A DNA stretch of 64,000 nucleotides from Epiperipatus broadwayi. Taxonomy: Eukaryota; Animalia; Onychophora. How positions within the stretch are numbered: the stretch's first letter is position 1; each line of letters begins with the position of its first letter. A model generated the notes under the pieces. That model had not been told where the DNA came from, searched no databases, and was given only the letters and a program-made list of their open reading frames with translations. Of the stretch, positions 13,100 through 25,800 are shown one piece after another. Location: assembly GCA_028023455.1 (NCBI GenBank), contig JAQFVV010000010.1, positions 12,834,001 to 12,898,000 on the forward strand, written 5' to 3'. A program made the translations under genes and the position numbers.

Positions 13100-15131
13100 G
13101 GCAGGATCCGGCGGTTACTTTTGCTTCCATCTCCTCCCTTGCCTCCCTGATTGTACCCATCATCTCTCCTTTCCTTTTCCCCCTTTCACTTACTATGGGT
13201 GTCCGATGTAAGGAATCAGTCATCGACACCCTCTGGAGTTTAACGGCCTGCCTTTAGGGATTGTCCTATCATGAGCTCTACCTCTGGATGCCACCCCCAA
13301 ATCTCTCTCAAACCTATTATCCCTTATACTCATGGCCTGACATCAAGGTTCTATTCTCTTCATCCTGTCAGGTGGATCTTTAGGGATGGGAGTGTAATCC
13401 ACAGCAGTCAAGAATTCAGCCATTTCCTCTACCGTATTGATTCTACACCCCAGCATCATCTGCTGTACATGCCTTGGCATATTTTGCTGGATGGTTCAAA
13501 TAATCTGAGTCTCTGTGAAAGACAAAGCATTTAGGGATCTTAGGCAGGCTACCTGGCACATAAAGAACTGGGTATTAGTTTCCTTTGCCAATGACCCATA
13601 TTGCTCCCTTAGTATGGCAAGGTATAGACTGTCTTGCCGCTCCTCACTCCAAAGGTCTTAATTAATGCCATCTCATACTGCTCAAATGACCTGGGTTTTT
13701 CTTTGTAGCAGTCCCACCATGATTGTGCCTACCCATGTAGGTAATGAGTGGCCAATGTCACCTGATCCTGTGGGGCGATTTGCTGGAATGGGAATAATTC
13801 CTTTAAGCTTTGAATATAGGCCCTGAGGTTTTCCCCTATCTCTCCCTTGAACGTCTTTACCTGGATGAATTTTGACAGGTATATTTGCTGGCTAGTGGTT
13901 GACCAGGCTGAATCTTTTCTCCATCCCCTATAATTGCATCTCTGCTAATGGACCTGCTGGATTCCAGATGCTCTTCCTTGTTTTCTATCCTTACTAGTTT
14001 GGAGGCTTCAGCTATATCTGGCCTAACATCTAATTTACCTCCCTTGACCATATCTTTTGCTTTAGTTTCTGTCTCACTTCCAGGCATCGGCAAGATGAGT
14101 CCTGCTCTTTTTTCATTTAAGCTTCCTAATATCGTAATCTCCTTTCTTTCATTCTCCATTCTCACTATTCTCTTCTGTAACCCATGTAACTCCACTATCA
14201 CCTCCGTTTTCTTTTCCTTGGCCCTATATTCTATGCATTTAACACTTTCTTTAATTTCTTCCACTTTCTCTTGCATTTCTTGGCACTTCCTATCCACTCG
14301 GTCTAGGATTTCTTTCTCTTGTTCCTTTCTTTTACTCTCGCCCTCACCTAGCCCTTCCTGAATCTGCTCTACTGTATTCCGGAAATATGCCCCTTGCTTA
14401 TCCATCTCTGCTTTTTGTTTTTCCAGCTTGTCCCTCACTTGAAGCACATCTCCCTTTACTACCATAATACCTCCCTGTGTTCTCTTTACCTGTGAGGCCA
14501 AATTTTCTTTAAATTCTTCCTGAACCTTAACATACTCCCCCTTGCATTCTATGGTCAGTTCATCCAATTTTTTTTTCAAGGCTTGTAAACTTAGTTTAAA
14601 TCCTTTTTAAGCTCTAACATTTGCCTCATATTTAGCATTTCTTCCCTGTATTTCTCATCCTTTTGCTCCATTTCTTCTCTGTATTTCTCATCCCTTTTCT
14701 TTTTCTTCCCTGTATTTCTCATCCTTTTCTCTTTCTCTTCCCTTTCTCTTTTATCATTGGCCCTTTCTTCTTCCCTTTCCTTTTTATCCTTTTACCTTTC
14801 TTCTGGTCTTTCTTTTTTTTCCTTTTCTCTTTCTTCTGCTCTTTCCTTTGGTCTTTTTCTCTCTCTCTCCCCTCAGGATTTCTACTAGTTGCTCAATAGT
14901 TACATTATTTTCCCCTTTGGACTGTTGCTTTATGGGTTGTATGTTTTCTTCTTGTCCTTCCTCTATTGCCTCCTCTCCCTCACTCTCTAGTTCCTCTTCT
15001 GTATTGCTATCATTGACCTCCACGATCTCCTCTGACCTTAGCATTTTTCCTCTTTTCTCGACTGGCTTCTCGATCCTATCCTCTTGACCTTCGACTACTC
15101 CTCTCACTATCTCTTCTACATTGTTTTCCAT
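13100..15131 (-). pseudogene. Gypsy gag (disrupted): acidic and Lys/Arg-rich N-terminus, coiled coil, capsid-like region
   Basis: ORF pieces 14784-15131 and 13857-14579. Near 13790-13620 the - strand reads PDQVTLATHYLHG*AQSWWDCYKEK, a retrotransposon gag-type motif. Stops and frameshifts throughout. Confidence 0.7.
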
Positions 15132-15699
15132 TATAAATTCTTTTGCTTAGTTTTATGCATGGCTGTCTCGCCCTTCTTTCCCCAACAAGTCTACCTTTGC
15201 TTCCTTTTCCCAGCTTTTTCTGCCTAATCTCTCGAAGCCCTTATAACCATAAACACTTTCAACTATTAGTATTTTTTAGCATTGTTAAACCCTTCTCAAC
15301 ATTAATAAAAAATATAAATTACCTTGACTAGCATTTTTTTAACCCTTCTCAACATTAATAAACAAAATAAATTAAATATTTGAACGCAACTCACCCATTT
15401 TGTTTCCATCAGCATCTTCATTCTGTTCATGATTTAGCTATAATTATAGTTATTTTTATTATTACTGCTGTTATTATTATTATTATTATTATTATTAATT
15501 CCCGTGGTTTGCAAATTTTGTACACCAAACACTCGTATATTTATCTTGCCTGATTTTTCACCTTTTTATTTCAACCCTGCTCATTTCAGTCTCGAATCAC
15601 ACATCCTTTAATATTTATAAATTTTGAATAAAACAATAAAATATTCTCCACCTCTGACAACAAATTTATGAGGATAATTCTCAGTTTATTCAAATTACC

Positions 15700-15709
15700 T
15701 CGGGCGCCA
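15700..15709 (-). promoter_or_regulatory. Primer-binding site TGGCGCCCGA (10-nt match to the tRNA-Lys(UUU)-type 3' end)
   Basis: On - strand ...CTACTGACA-GC-TGGCGCCCGAGG, about 570 nt upstream of the gag ATG at 15131. Confidence 0.8.
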
Positions 15710-16510
15710 GCTGTCAGTAGGTGAGATATATATACAACGCTTTCAACACACTTTCACAATGCAAAATTTTTTTATTTTTTTTTATACACATATAAATAAA
15801 TAGCATAACAAATATTCTAGTATAGTCATTTCACTTATTTATTCAAGCGACTAGCCCACTTTGCAAAATATAAGTATCTAATCGGGTCTTCACTTATCAT
15901 GTTAGGTTACTACTAAAATAATCAACATAACGTATATTGCGAATGTATACGTTTGAAATTCACCTATAATCATAATGAGTTTTCTAAACTATACATATAA
16001 AGAGCGCATTTTACTCTAGAATACATTTTGTTAATCAATAACTATATATACTACGAGCATATACATTTACAACTCGGCAAATGGGTCTTCACCTACCTAT
16101 GGTTACTCTAAAAATTGCTGTCATTAAAGTGTAGTGTCCACTACATCGGACCGTTTGACAATACAATTCCCAGTTTGAGGGTCTTCACCTATCATATCAG
16201 GTTACTAAAATTACAAATACATTTCGAGTGCATTTGTTTCAAAATATATGTTTTGTTACTTGACAAACATATATATATAGAGTATAGAGAGAGCAAGCGT
16301 ATACATTTATATCAATACAACCTCAATACCAAATAAGCATATATTATATAATCACAATTTATTGTTATTACAAATAATTGTAAAATAAAAAATTTTTAGC
16401 ACGAAATATTTTTATATTCACTCCTGAAATTTTTTCAGATTGCATCTCTGGTACAACATAATTTATATATATATATATAATATTAAACTACACACATATA
16501 CATATTTTCG

Positions 16511-16616
16511 GTTCTGGGTGGTGTAAATTAATGACAGAGCTTAACAGTTCTGGGTGGTGTAAATTAATGACAGAGCTTAACGGTTCTGGGTGGTGTAAAT
16601 TAATAACAGAGCTTAA
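16511..16616. repeat. Three tandem copies of a 36-bp unit
   Basis: GTTCTGGGTGGTGTAAATTAATGACAGAGCTTAAC(A/G) starts at 16511, 16547 and 16583, with no spacers. Confidence 0.95.
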
Positions 16617-16899
16617 TATTCGGATGTTTTTTTTTTATACACATATATATACTACAAGTGCTATGGAAATACATCTATTTCAACATCCCCTCTCAGGTAT
16701 GCAGGTTTATATTCGATAGCCCCAGTTGGTGCTACATACCCAGAGAAAAAAAAAATTTATACACATATTGACATATTTCAATACGCAGGGTCAAATTCAC
16801 ATATATACCCATAGCTCACATGATTTCAGTTCAGGGCTGTGGAAGTAATCAAAGAGCCCCACGACTGGGTGTCCATACCCGGAGAATAAAAAAATCTAC

Positions 16900-19800
16900 T
16901 GTAACAGTCAAATCTGTACATTCGCGCATCAAAATCTAGAACTTTAGTAAATCATACCAAGGCTGACCAGTATAGAGTGGTACGAACCACGTTGTCCGAT
17001 ATAGCCCCAACTCCTTTACCAACGCTCAAAGATTTACCATCTTGTGAATGACATATATGAAGTCACAGCAGCATTTTCCTTCATCACATGCCGGCAGTAG
17101 CACATCGGTACAGCACAAAACTATGGGAATTTGACTTATTAACTAATATAGCTATATAGACGATGTGTGTGGCAGAACATAATTATAAAATATGGATTGT
17201 GACTCTTAACTAATGATTAACTAGTCAATAAAGACTTACCAATGAGCAACATTGAGACATGACACAAAAGTTAAATTTAAACATAATTTAATGAAAAATA
17301 AATATTAAAATCAATAAACGAAAATGATGACTATAAATTGGCTACATAGGTTGTATCACACGCAGGTGACTAAGTTAGGGACACAATTTCATATTTGAGT
17401 TTGGGATTCACACGCAAGTAATGACTGGAATTATAATCATTTATGGTTTGCCTAGTTACATATGGCTTTATTTTACATATATATTTGGTATAATGTATAT
17501 CACTCACAGATGACATTAATCATTTTGGTTAGTTATATTATTAGATTTCATTATAAATACATATATTACTCGTAGGTTATGATTTAACTGTTTATATAGC
17601 AGTTCCATTCACGCACAGGTGATTGTAGTTTGGATTACAAATCATTTAATTGAGTTTGCTACTTATAGATATCACTCGCAGGTGATTAAGAAATTATACG
17701 TTTTAACATTTATATTTTCATGAGCCTTAAGATTACATTATAGATCGAGGTTAATTTGCTCATGACCATCTATGCCTAGTTCATGCTATATAACCGGGTC
17801 TAGATCCACTCTAGAGCTAGTAGAAGTGATTATACATATTGATAAAGAATATATTTTATTAAACATGAATATTTAATATTCTCTATATAGCTTACGTGCT
17901 TATAAAATTAGACTCGAATTCAGATCAAAGCTGAAAATACAATTACTATGGCGGGATGAACTGATGATTGGCAGTCAGACTTCAGATACCATGGCGTATA
18001 GAAAATATAAAGTCTGATATAGCCCTTGCGTCTCAAGAGTGCCTTTTTATGGGATCTTTACTCGTGCCTTTTTATGGGATCTTTACCAAGTAACAGTTCC
18101 CTTTTTCACCGTATTCGTTGCTGTGAAATTAAGATAGAAGACCTTTTAGTCCGGCGATCGAACAACTAATTAAACTATGGGAGTCTCATGCTCCATTTAT
18201 GAGGATGCAGAATGGGGTGGGACATCCAACCTCCATCTGAAGAGATAGTTGTCCGAACTAAGAGAGTAACGGCATAGCCTTAAACATACAACAGCTAAAG
18301 ATATGCACAGCAACAAATATATATATACGCCTTAGCGTTTCTTAAAAACACTCGCACCACTGACCACATTATATAATAAAATTTTATGATGCTAAACACT
18401 AGTTTTCTTCATGAAACTACCGTATATCAGTTCATTGGGTAGCATGTATAATTATGCAATTAAGGAAAAACTAGGAATCTAATTTGTAAAGCTATCTATA
18501 TAGGAACTTATAACTTTAGAAGGAAGTACAGCACATTACTGGGCATTAAGATATAAAGTTATAGCTCTATGCTGTATCTCAATCACTCCGGCTAAATATT
18601 AGTTAAATATCTCGAAAGCGGATCTAGCTTAAAACAGTTGTAAGCTTTTTAATTAACTCTTAAACAAGATATTTTACCCCTTTCAAAACGGGTTTCTTTT
18701 GCATCCTAGACGCTGTATAATTCTCTAGATGCAAACCTGTGATACCTCCTCACTAAGCATTTAATCAATAGTAAAATCCCGCTTTGAACAAATATAGCAC
18801 AACTACTAAGCAATGGAAAATCATAAAACTTGGCATAGATTTACTTAAAAAATTGTTAAGTTTAATGAGCAGATATCTAAAATTTGACTCTGTTTTAGCA
18901 TAGTTTGAAAATGAATTTGCAACACAATTAGTTTATATCTAATTGACCCAGTTCAAGACAAATTTAAGTTGTGTACAAGAATTAATTAAGGCAAATATTA
19001 TTATTATATTAAAATATGTAAAAGCATATATCATTAAGTTAAAATACGTAAAATAATCTAGAAACTTAATTATCATTTTAGAATGAAGCATTTAAAACTA
19101 TACACAATTAAGAATAAAGCATTTAAAATTATATGTAATGAAATAATTAATTTAAAATCAATCACTTTAAGCAAGTCACAACTAAATAAGTCAGAAAACT
19201 GTAAATACATTGGAACTAGATCAATCGGAGATAACTTAGCAAACCAACACATAAATTAATAAATACATAGAGTACATAATCAATAAATATGATATTAACT
19301 CAGTATGAAAATCAAATCAGTTATTAACTCAAATCAGTTATTAAATTAAATTAAATCAGGCAAGATTTTAAGATGAAAACAAAAGAAATCAAAATTACAT
19401 TTTAGTAGTGATTTTAAGATTAAAATAAAAAAATCAAAATTACATTTAGTAGTGGATTTAAAATTACATTATTGCTATGGCCATAGAGTTTAAATTTAGC
19501 TAGCTTTAAGAATAATCGCATTTTAATTATTAATCTTTAAGTAGAAGAAGGGTTTTACCGGCTCTTCTCTCTGCTGCTTGTACTTGTTTCATGTTGAGGA
19601 CGGAAACGGGCATCTGCTTCCTATGGCTCTTCTTTCACTGCTTCCCGCATGGTAGACTCCTGGGTCAGAAAAGCAAGAAAAATGCCTTCTACTCAAATTG
19701 CATCATAATTACTATTTTAAACATAAGTTCTTAACTGAAATAATGTCCGACTAATTTCAAAATGGCTGCAGAGGCTTATATTATCAGCTTACCCTCCCTC

Positions 19801-20509
19801 TTCTCGGTCATAGTAATTTTCTAGATTTGTTTTGCTAATTTTCTCGCTGTATTCCTAGAATCGTATAATTACTCTGTTTTTATTTCTTATAAGCGAAGTT
19901 TTACAGCTGGTCATTCATGATTTCTTTTTAATTACTCAGGATAATTTATCCTACAAGTTAGTGTTACTTTTAGTTTTGTAATTAGGTCACACTACAGCGA
20001 GAAAGATTAAATTTTATAATACCAATTTTTCGAAAACAAATCTATAAATGGAATTTTATAATACCAATTTTTCAAAAACAAAAAAATGGAAAACATCTGG
20101 TTATATATGTAACTTGATTATTTAATTTAGCAATATATGCAGAAATATACAATACTTTCAAATATTAATTTTCTTTAGAATATTTTAAATAAATAAATTT
20201 ATAATGTTTTAAATCTGTTAACATTATTCTTTCCTGCATCGTGTTACACATACAACGCAGTTTTCATTAATTTACTCCTAGAAATATATGTGTGCGTATA
20301 TATGGGTTTTTACATATACAGATACACTTTTTATCTTGTAGGCTTAAGATATACGCACACATACATAACTAATACCTTTTTTAAATCCAGCCTGATTTGG
20401 ATATAATATTAACCTGATATACGAGAATTTGATGATAGATACACATATAGAAATACTACTATAGTATATAGTAGGTGAAACAGTTTGATTGATAGAGCTG
20501 ACTGTTTCA
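16900..20509 (-). repeat. 5' LTR (3610 bp shared portion)
   Basis: Starts TGTAACAGTCA, ends TGACTGTTTCA, and is a direct repeat of 5872-9526. Confidence 0.92.
19749..19780 (-). promoter_or_regulatory. LTR core promoter (TATA + Inr); same motif in the 3' LTR at 8804-8835
   Basis: On - strand, TATAAG (19780) is followed by GCCATTTTG and then TTAGTC, whose A lies 28 nt downstream. This is canonical arthropod TATA-Inr spacing and points the same way as gag-pol. Confidence 0.55.
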
Positions 20510-22149
20510 ATATATTGTTATGATTGATATTAAAAATCTGTTATTTAATAGGATTTTATTTTATATTTTAAGTGGATGAAAGTCAAGATATGTTAGATTA
20601 ATTGATTTTGTATCAAGTATTTAATCTTATTGTAATTGACTTAGTTAATAAGAGTTAACTGATATTAGTGGAATAATATAGTAGAGGTAGCAGTACTTTT
20701 AATTTATTTAGTTGTAATTAGAAATCAATTGCATTATCTATTTATTTGATATCATTGATATTTTAGATTTGTAGGGCATATTAAGATTATTATTTCATCC
20801 AACTATGAATTATTGTTTAAATATAAATAACTTTTGGTTCAAGTTTGTATTATTATAAAGTGTTTTGATTCACCAAGAAAATTAAAGTTTATCAGTCATT
20901 ATTTTTATTATAAGTGGTTTATAGAATAAGCATAGATAATTGTTTACAAGATATTTGGTTTTATTGCTTTATCTTTGGCTTATTGGAAATAATGCTGATA
21001 TTTTAGGATAGCTTAAGTAATATTGTTTTCTATCCGTTCTAAATGTTATTGGAATTTATGAGGTTATAATAAAGATTATTACCGTTTTATTAACTTAACT
21101 GTCAGATTGTTATTCATTGACTGATATTCACTTTAGCTTAGTTTATTATTTTCCATTCTGTTACAAATGACGCTACAATTCACAGGCATTATTAAATTAG
21201 GATTGTTCTTCTTTAATTTATTTTTATTCTGTTACAATGGTGATCAATAATTAGGCTATGACTCAAGATACAGTGTGACCCATAATTTTAATATTCAGTT
21301 GCAAATGATGTCCAATGATTGGGCTATATTTTCATTCAGACTGTATTAAAATTTTCATTTTCCATGGTCATTATAGTTATTCAATTGCAAATGACTCCCA
21401 AATTTGCAAGGCATTAAAGAGCATACACTTATTTTTACTGTTACAATATAGATTATGTACTTAAAGTTTGTATTGGTTTATAGTTGTATCGTCATTTTTT
21501 TAATTTTAATTAAATTGGACATACTTCTTTCTTAATTTAACATGTTTGTTAAGAAAACTGTTTACAAAGAAATGCTAAAATAATAAAATAAATAAATATG
21601 TAAAACAGTAAATACATTGTATTTATATGTATGCATATAATCTTCAAATAATTAAATAAGCAACGAAAACTGTTATTATTATAGTAACCAGCTTCCAGGT
21701 AACTACAAAGATGTCAGTGGGAGTAAAAGTTACATTTTAGTTTGATATAAAAAAAAAAAAAAGAAAGCGGGATTAAAACAGAAATATCTTAAGCATCTTA
21801 GAATGACAAATAGAAAATTTTAGAGGGAAATCTTAGCTTCTCTATGGGATGACAGAATAAAGCCAATTTCCTCAATATGTCTTCGTAAATTAAAATAAAT
21901 GTTTGCCCAAATAAAATTAATTAATAATGACCTAAATTTTAAACATTTCAATGCATTCACGTACTATTTTTCTCCGACATTAAGCAACGATCTATTATAT
22001 TAATATTTTTAATGATTTCAATCCAGGTTTTATTACAAATACATCGAAAAATAATTAAATCTTCAAATGTGGAATTTATATTTATTATTTTTTTCAAAAC
22101 AGTGCTAAAACATTTTACTACGAGTGATGTGACGTTATGCACTGTGCCT

Positions 22150-22542
22150 TTTCCTTAAACGGAGTCAGATATCTCTCAGCAACAATGCCCACAGAAATGT
22201 TAGCCACTTTATCTTCCATTCCTCACTCTAATTTTTCCCATATTCTGCTCCATCCCATTTCCACAACATAATCTTTGTCAACTCTATAGCCTTTATATCT
22301 AAATCCTCCTTATCTTTTCCCAAACCCAGCATAAAAACCAATAATCCACTTTCTGTATAATCACTTTTTTCATATTTATTCTTCCATAACTTCATTATTT
22401 GTACCCTTTCCGTTTTCAAGCATTTACATCCAATTAACAAATACCTAATATTTTCTATTTCTTCCTTACACAATTTACAGACTAAATCACCCTTATTTTC
22501 ACATTTACATGAATATTCTCTTGTTGCTAAAGATAAATACAA
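22150..22542 (-). mobile_element. Decayed non-LTR retrotransposon C-terminal fragment (zinc-knuckle-like)
   Basis: ORF 22228-22542 contains VCKLCKEEIENIRYLLIGC, resembling the C-x2-C...E..HLL..C motif at LINE ORF2 C-termini (His replaced by Tyr). Confidence 0.5.
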
Positions 22543-22553
22543 AACATAAACAA

Positions 22554-22563
22554 CGCCATCTTG
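22554..22563. promoter_or_regulatory. YY1-type motif CGCCATCTTG, likely near the DNAJB11 transcription start
   Basis: CGCCATCTTG (CAAGATGGCG on -) about 220 nt upstream of the ATG in otherwise AT-rich DNA. A good acceptor (ttattttgttag, ending 22763) just before the ATG suggests a possible 5'UTR intron. Confidence 0.4.
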
Positions 22564-22780
22564 AATCTATAGTCTTTAGAAACGTGTATCATTCTCATTC
22601 ACGCAATATTAAAGTTTTGAAATAATATAAAAGTTTAAAAAATTTTACATGTTATCTTAAAAAATACATATTAATTAATATTTAAATTTTGATTTAAATG
22701 CCATTTATATTTTGAATTTGATAAAATCGTGCCACGATCTCATTTGTTACTTTATTTTGTTAGGTTATAATATAGTAAAT

Positions 22781-22851
22781 ATGTTATCGTCTGTGCCTCA
22801 GCTTCTTTTCATCTTCAGTTTTTTTATTTTACTTATTATATGTCTAGCCGG
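22781..22851 (+). CDS. DNAJB11: DNAJB11/ERdj3 coding exon 1 (signal peptide)
   Basis: ATG at 22781 gives MLSSVPQLLFIFSFFILLIICLAG, a hydrophobic signal peptide. It ends GG|gtaagt (phase 2), which joins exon 2 in frame to give AGRDFY as in DNAJB11 orthologues. Confidence 0.88.
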
Positions 22852-24599
22852 GTAAGTAAATTTTTAGTCATACCGTTTAAAAATGTATTTAAATTATAAA
22901 GAGCTTATTACACACACACATATAAATAGACTATATACTACTATAAGCATGCAATTGATTATTACGGTAGCGTACCGGCATGTGTGATTGTCACTTTGAT
23001 CGTTTACTAAATTTTAGTTTATTTTAAAATCAGTTATAGTATTATTTAGATTTATATATACATAGATTATAACTGATGATTTGAATGAAAAATTTGCTGC
23101 ATTTTTTTTTCCAGTTTGCGATGAAATCTACAAAGATTGAAAATATTTAGGGTTTAATATTTATAATTTTATGTTATCATTAGTATTTCGTATATTATAC
23201 ATAAACAAATAAGTTTAAATTTGGTTTTTTCTTGAATATATGTAATATTTTTAAATGATCAGTAAACCACAGGCTCTTTGAAAAAACCTAATATTATCAA
23301 GTAAAGTTTTAAATAAATAAAAGAGAGAACTTTCTAATGAACTTCTTAATTTCATAATAATTCATTAAGAATTAAACCTAACTGTATGGGATAAAAATTG
23401 TGAAGTGTAGTTGTTTTTTCCTTTTTTTATTGGTGTGATTTAATTATTTTGTGTGTCAGCACTGTTTTAAAAATTCTTTTCAATTTATTTTAGCTCTGTA
23501 AAATGTGCTGTAAAGATGAAATATTAGCCTAACCAGGAAATCCGGTTATTTTCAATATTTTTAATATTCAGTAAGATGTTGATAGCCCTCATTTAATAGT
23601 ATATTAACGTCTATGATTAGGGATTTACATCTGAAGTCGAATTTGAATATTCTTTTATATAGCTGAGCTTCCAAGCAAACTCGGCATTTTTTGTAAGTAA
23701 TCCAGCTAAATATCGGCCTTAAAAGAAGTATTTAGTTATTTAGTGTAATAAAGAATCCCATATAATTTAGTTGGTCATAAAGATTAAATTCACTGACAAT
23801 AAAAAGAAAATATAATTTTAATAATATGCAACTCCCACCACAAATAAAGTGCTGAGCCAGTGGATTATCTTTACAATCGATAATTGATATATCAGTGTAT
23901 AGTCGTCAAAAGTATGATTTCATTTTAAAGACTGAACTAGATCCTGGGAAAATGTTAACTTATAATACATGTTTGGATCACAACTGAATTTAGATGGATT
24001 GAAATGGTTTTGATAAATAAAAGAACGTAAGAGATGCTGTTGTAATTACACAATAAATGGCATGAATTTAAATTAGTCCATTTTCTTGCAAGTTAAATTC
24101 AATGTTGAACATAATGTGTAAAAAGAAAAAAATCATTTGATATCGATAATTGCTGAAAACGGCATTGAGATAAAATTAATTATTTAACAGTCCATAGAAA
24201 TACTTTTATTTATATAGTACAGTGAACTCCAAGTTTTGATAAGAGTATATTTAAACAATCATTCATTCATTAACACTCATAATCGAGTATGGTCATTCTA
24301 ATTGTAATCAATGTAAAAATAGAGATAGAAAGATAAAAAAATAAGAGATTGAAACCAGAATTTCTGTGCATGTAATCACAGGATGGAATATGATAGCACA
24401 CACACAAAATTATCTTGTCACAGTTTTATAAAGAAATGCCTAATGAATGACATAAGAGACTCATGATTGGGACATGTAATAATCTAAATGAACAAAGAGA
24501 TAATAAAATAAAGAAAATGGAGAAAGGGCAAGTAAGAAAAAATTAAAAAAAGGAAAAATAGTACAAAATAATGGTAAATTAGAGTAAATCTTTAATGCT

Positions 24600-25800
24600 A
24601 ACAAGCCATTTCACTCAATGATATTGTTATTTTAAATGTATAGTTATTAAATTATATGTATGAATTTTGATAGTATATAAATCTGCTAAAAGATAATCTA
24701 ATTTCTAATATCGTCATTCTGCCTTTCTTAAATATCAATATCACTACTGCATTTTTCAAGTCATCTGGTACATTGCTAACATTAAAATATTTTGTATATA
24801 GTTTTTCCAACAATTTCTCTTATTTTTTTCACCTGCTTCTTTTAATATATCAATAATAATTCCATCATTGTCTGGAATTTTTACCTTTGTAGATTTAATT
24901 ATATATCTCACTTCTTAGAACTATGTCTCACTTTTTCATTTAAAATGCTTGGTAATTCAGATGTAATTGTAGGGTGTTACATTTTTTTCTGATTTATGTA
25001 GTTTTATAATACTTTTCCACCCATTTTATTTTTATTGTTAAAACAACTTTCCAATACCATTACTGTCATCATTTTCAACCATTATTACAGGATGAAGATT
25101 TCCAACTTTAATTCAGATTTTACTATTTCTAGTCTCTTCTCCACAACAGACCAGAAAACTATCTTATTTCATCCATGTATCGTAGTTTTTTTTTTAGGTC
25201 TTTTATAATCTCTTGGGATTCAATTTAAAGATTTAACTATCCATTTCAATCTTAATTCTTTCAATGATATCAGTGATAACTTTTTGTTCTCACCTGTATA
25301 TTTTATTTTCAATCATTCCTTGTTATTCCTAGCATGCATCTTTCTATATTTCATTAATTGCTCTGATGTTTCTGTATTTCTCCCATATCCATGAGTAAGA
25401 ACTGATAAACTTTATTAAAAACTCAAGCATATTTTCTTTTAATATTAAATTATTTTTGTCAAAAACACTCCATTCAAGCTTAATTTTATGATTCATTATG
25501 ATTGTTTTATTTGTATTAATAATCTGACCAAGATATTTGTACATATTAATTTCTTCCAATATATGATTATCAATCTTTGTTTTTTTTAATAGAATCCATT
25601 TGTCTTTAATCCTACTTTTTTTCTTTGATCTTATAACTCTTGCAACATTTCCTGAAGTTCTGAAGCATTATTTTCAAAAACAACTACATTATCTGCCTCA
25701 TCTAGATGACTTAAATCATCTCCATTTATTTTTACTTTTAAGCCAATAAACATCACATGACCTTCACCTCTTCCATTTTAATCCACTAAGGTTTTGGAGA
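24600..25800 (-). mobile_element. Decayed RTE-clade LINE fragments
   Basis: 25800-25065 reads as an RT remnant, then YKYLGQ..KIKLEWSVF and a 3' end like that of 29582-30143. 25050-24600 reads as the N-terminal RT region (DGIIIDILKEAG..VP..KNAVVILIFKKG). Confidence 0.75.

Larger units (their letters stand above)
5872..20509 (-). mobile_element. Full-length but decayed Ty3/Gypsy LTR retrotransposon (14.6 kb)
   Basis: Two ~3.6-kb direct repeats with termini T(G/A)TAACAGTCA...TGACTGTTTCA (10/11 inverted match in the right copy). ATAT flanks both outer ends (5868-5871, 20510-20513). The interior has gag then PR-RT-RH-IN on the - strand. Confidence 0.93.

Noticed and set aside
10349-15331. + strand ORFs in the ORF track
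   Set aside because: Antisense shadows of gag-pol with no independent motifs.
16511-16616. 36-bp repeats as a CRISPR array
   Set aside because: Head-to-tail with no spacers, inside a eukaryotic retrotransposon.
16880-16899. Tf1-style self-priming site after the 5' LTR
   Set aside because: I found no complement of GTAGATTTTT at the predicted transcript start (~19752).
5872-20509. The two 3.6-kb repeats as independent solo LTRs
   Set aside because: Each copy's own flanks differ (ATAT/TATC and CTAC/ATAT); only the outer pair match.
21957-22142. F-box-like ORF (FEDLIIFRCICNKTW)
   Set aside because: Starts at GTG right after an in-frame stop, lacks the LP..I motif, and has no partner exons.
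22718-22736. ER-stress element (CCAAT-N9-CCACG)
   Set aside because: CCACG is present at 22732 but the CCAAT position reads TTGAT.
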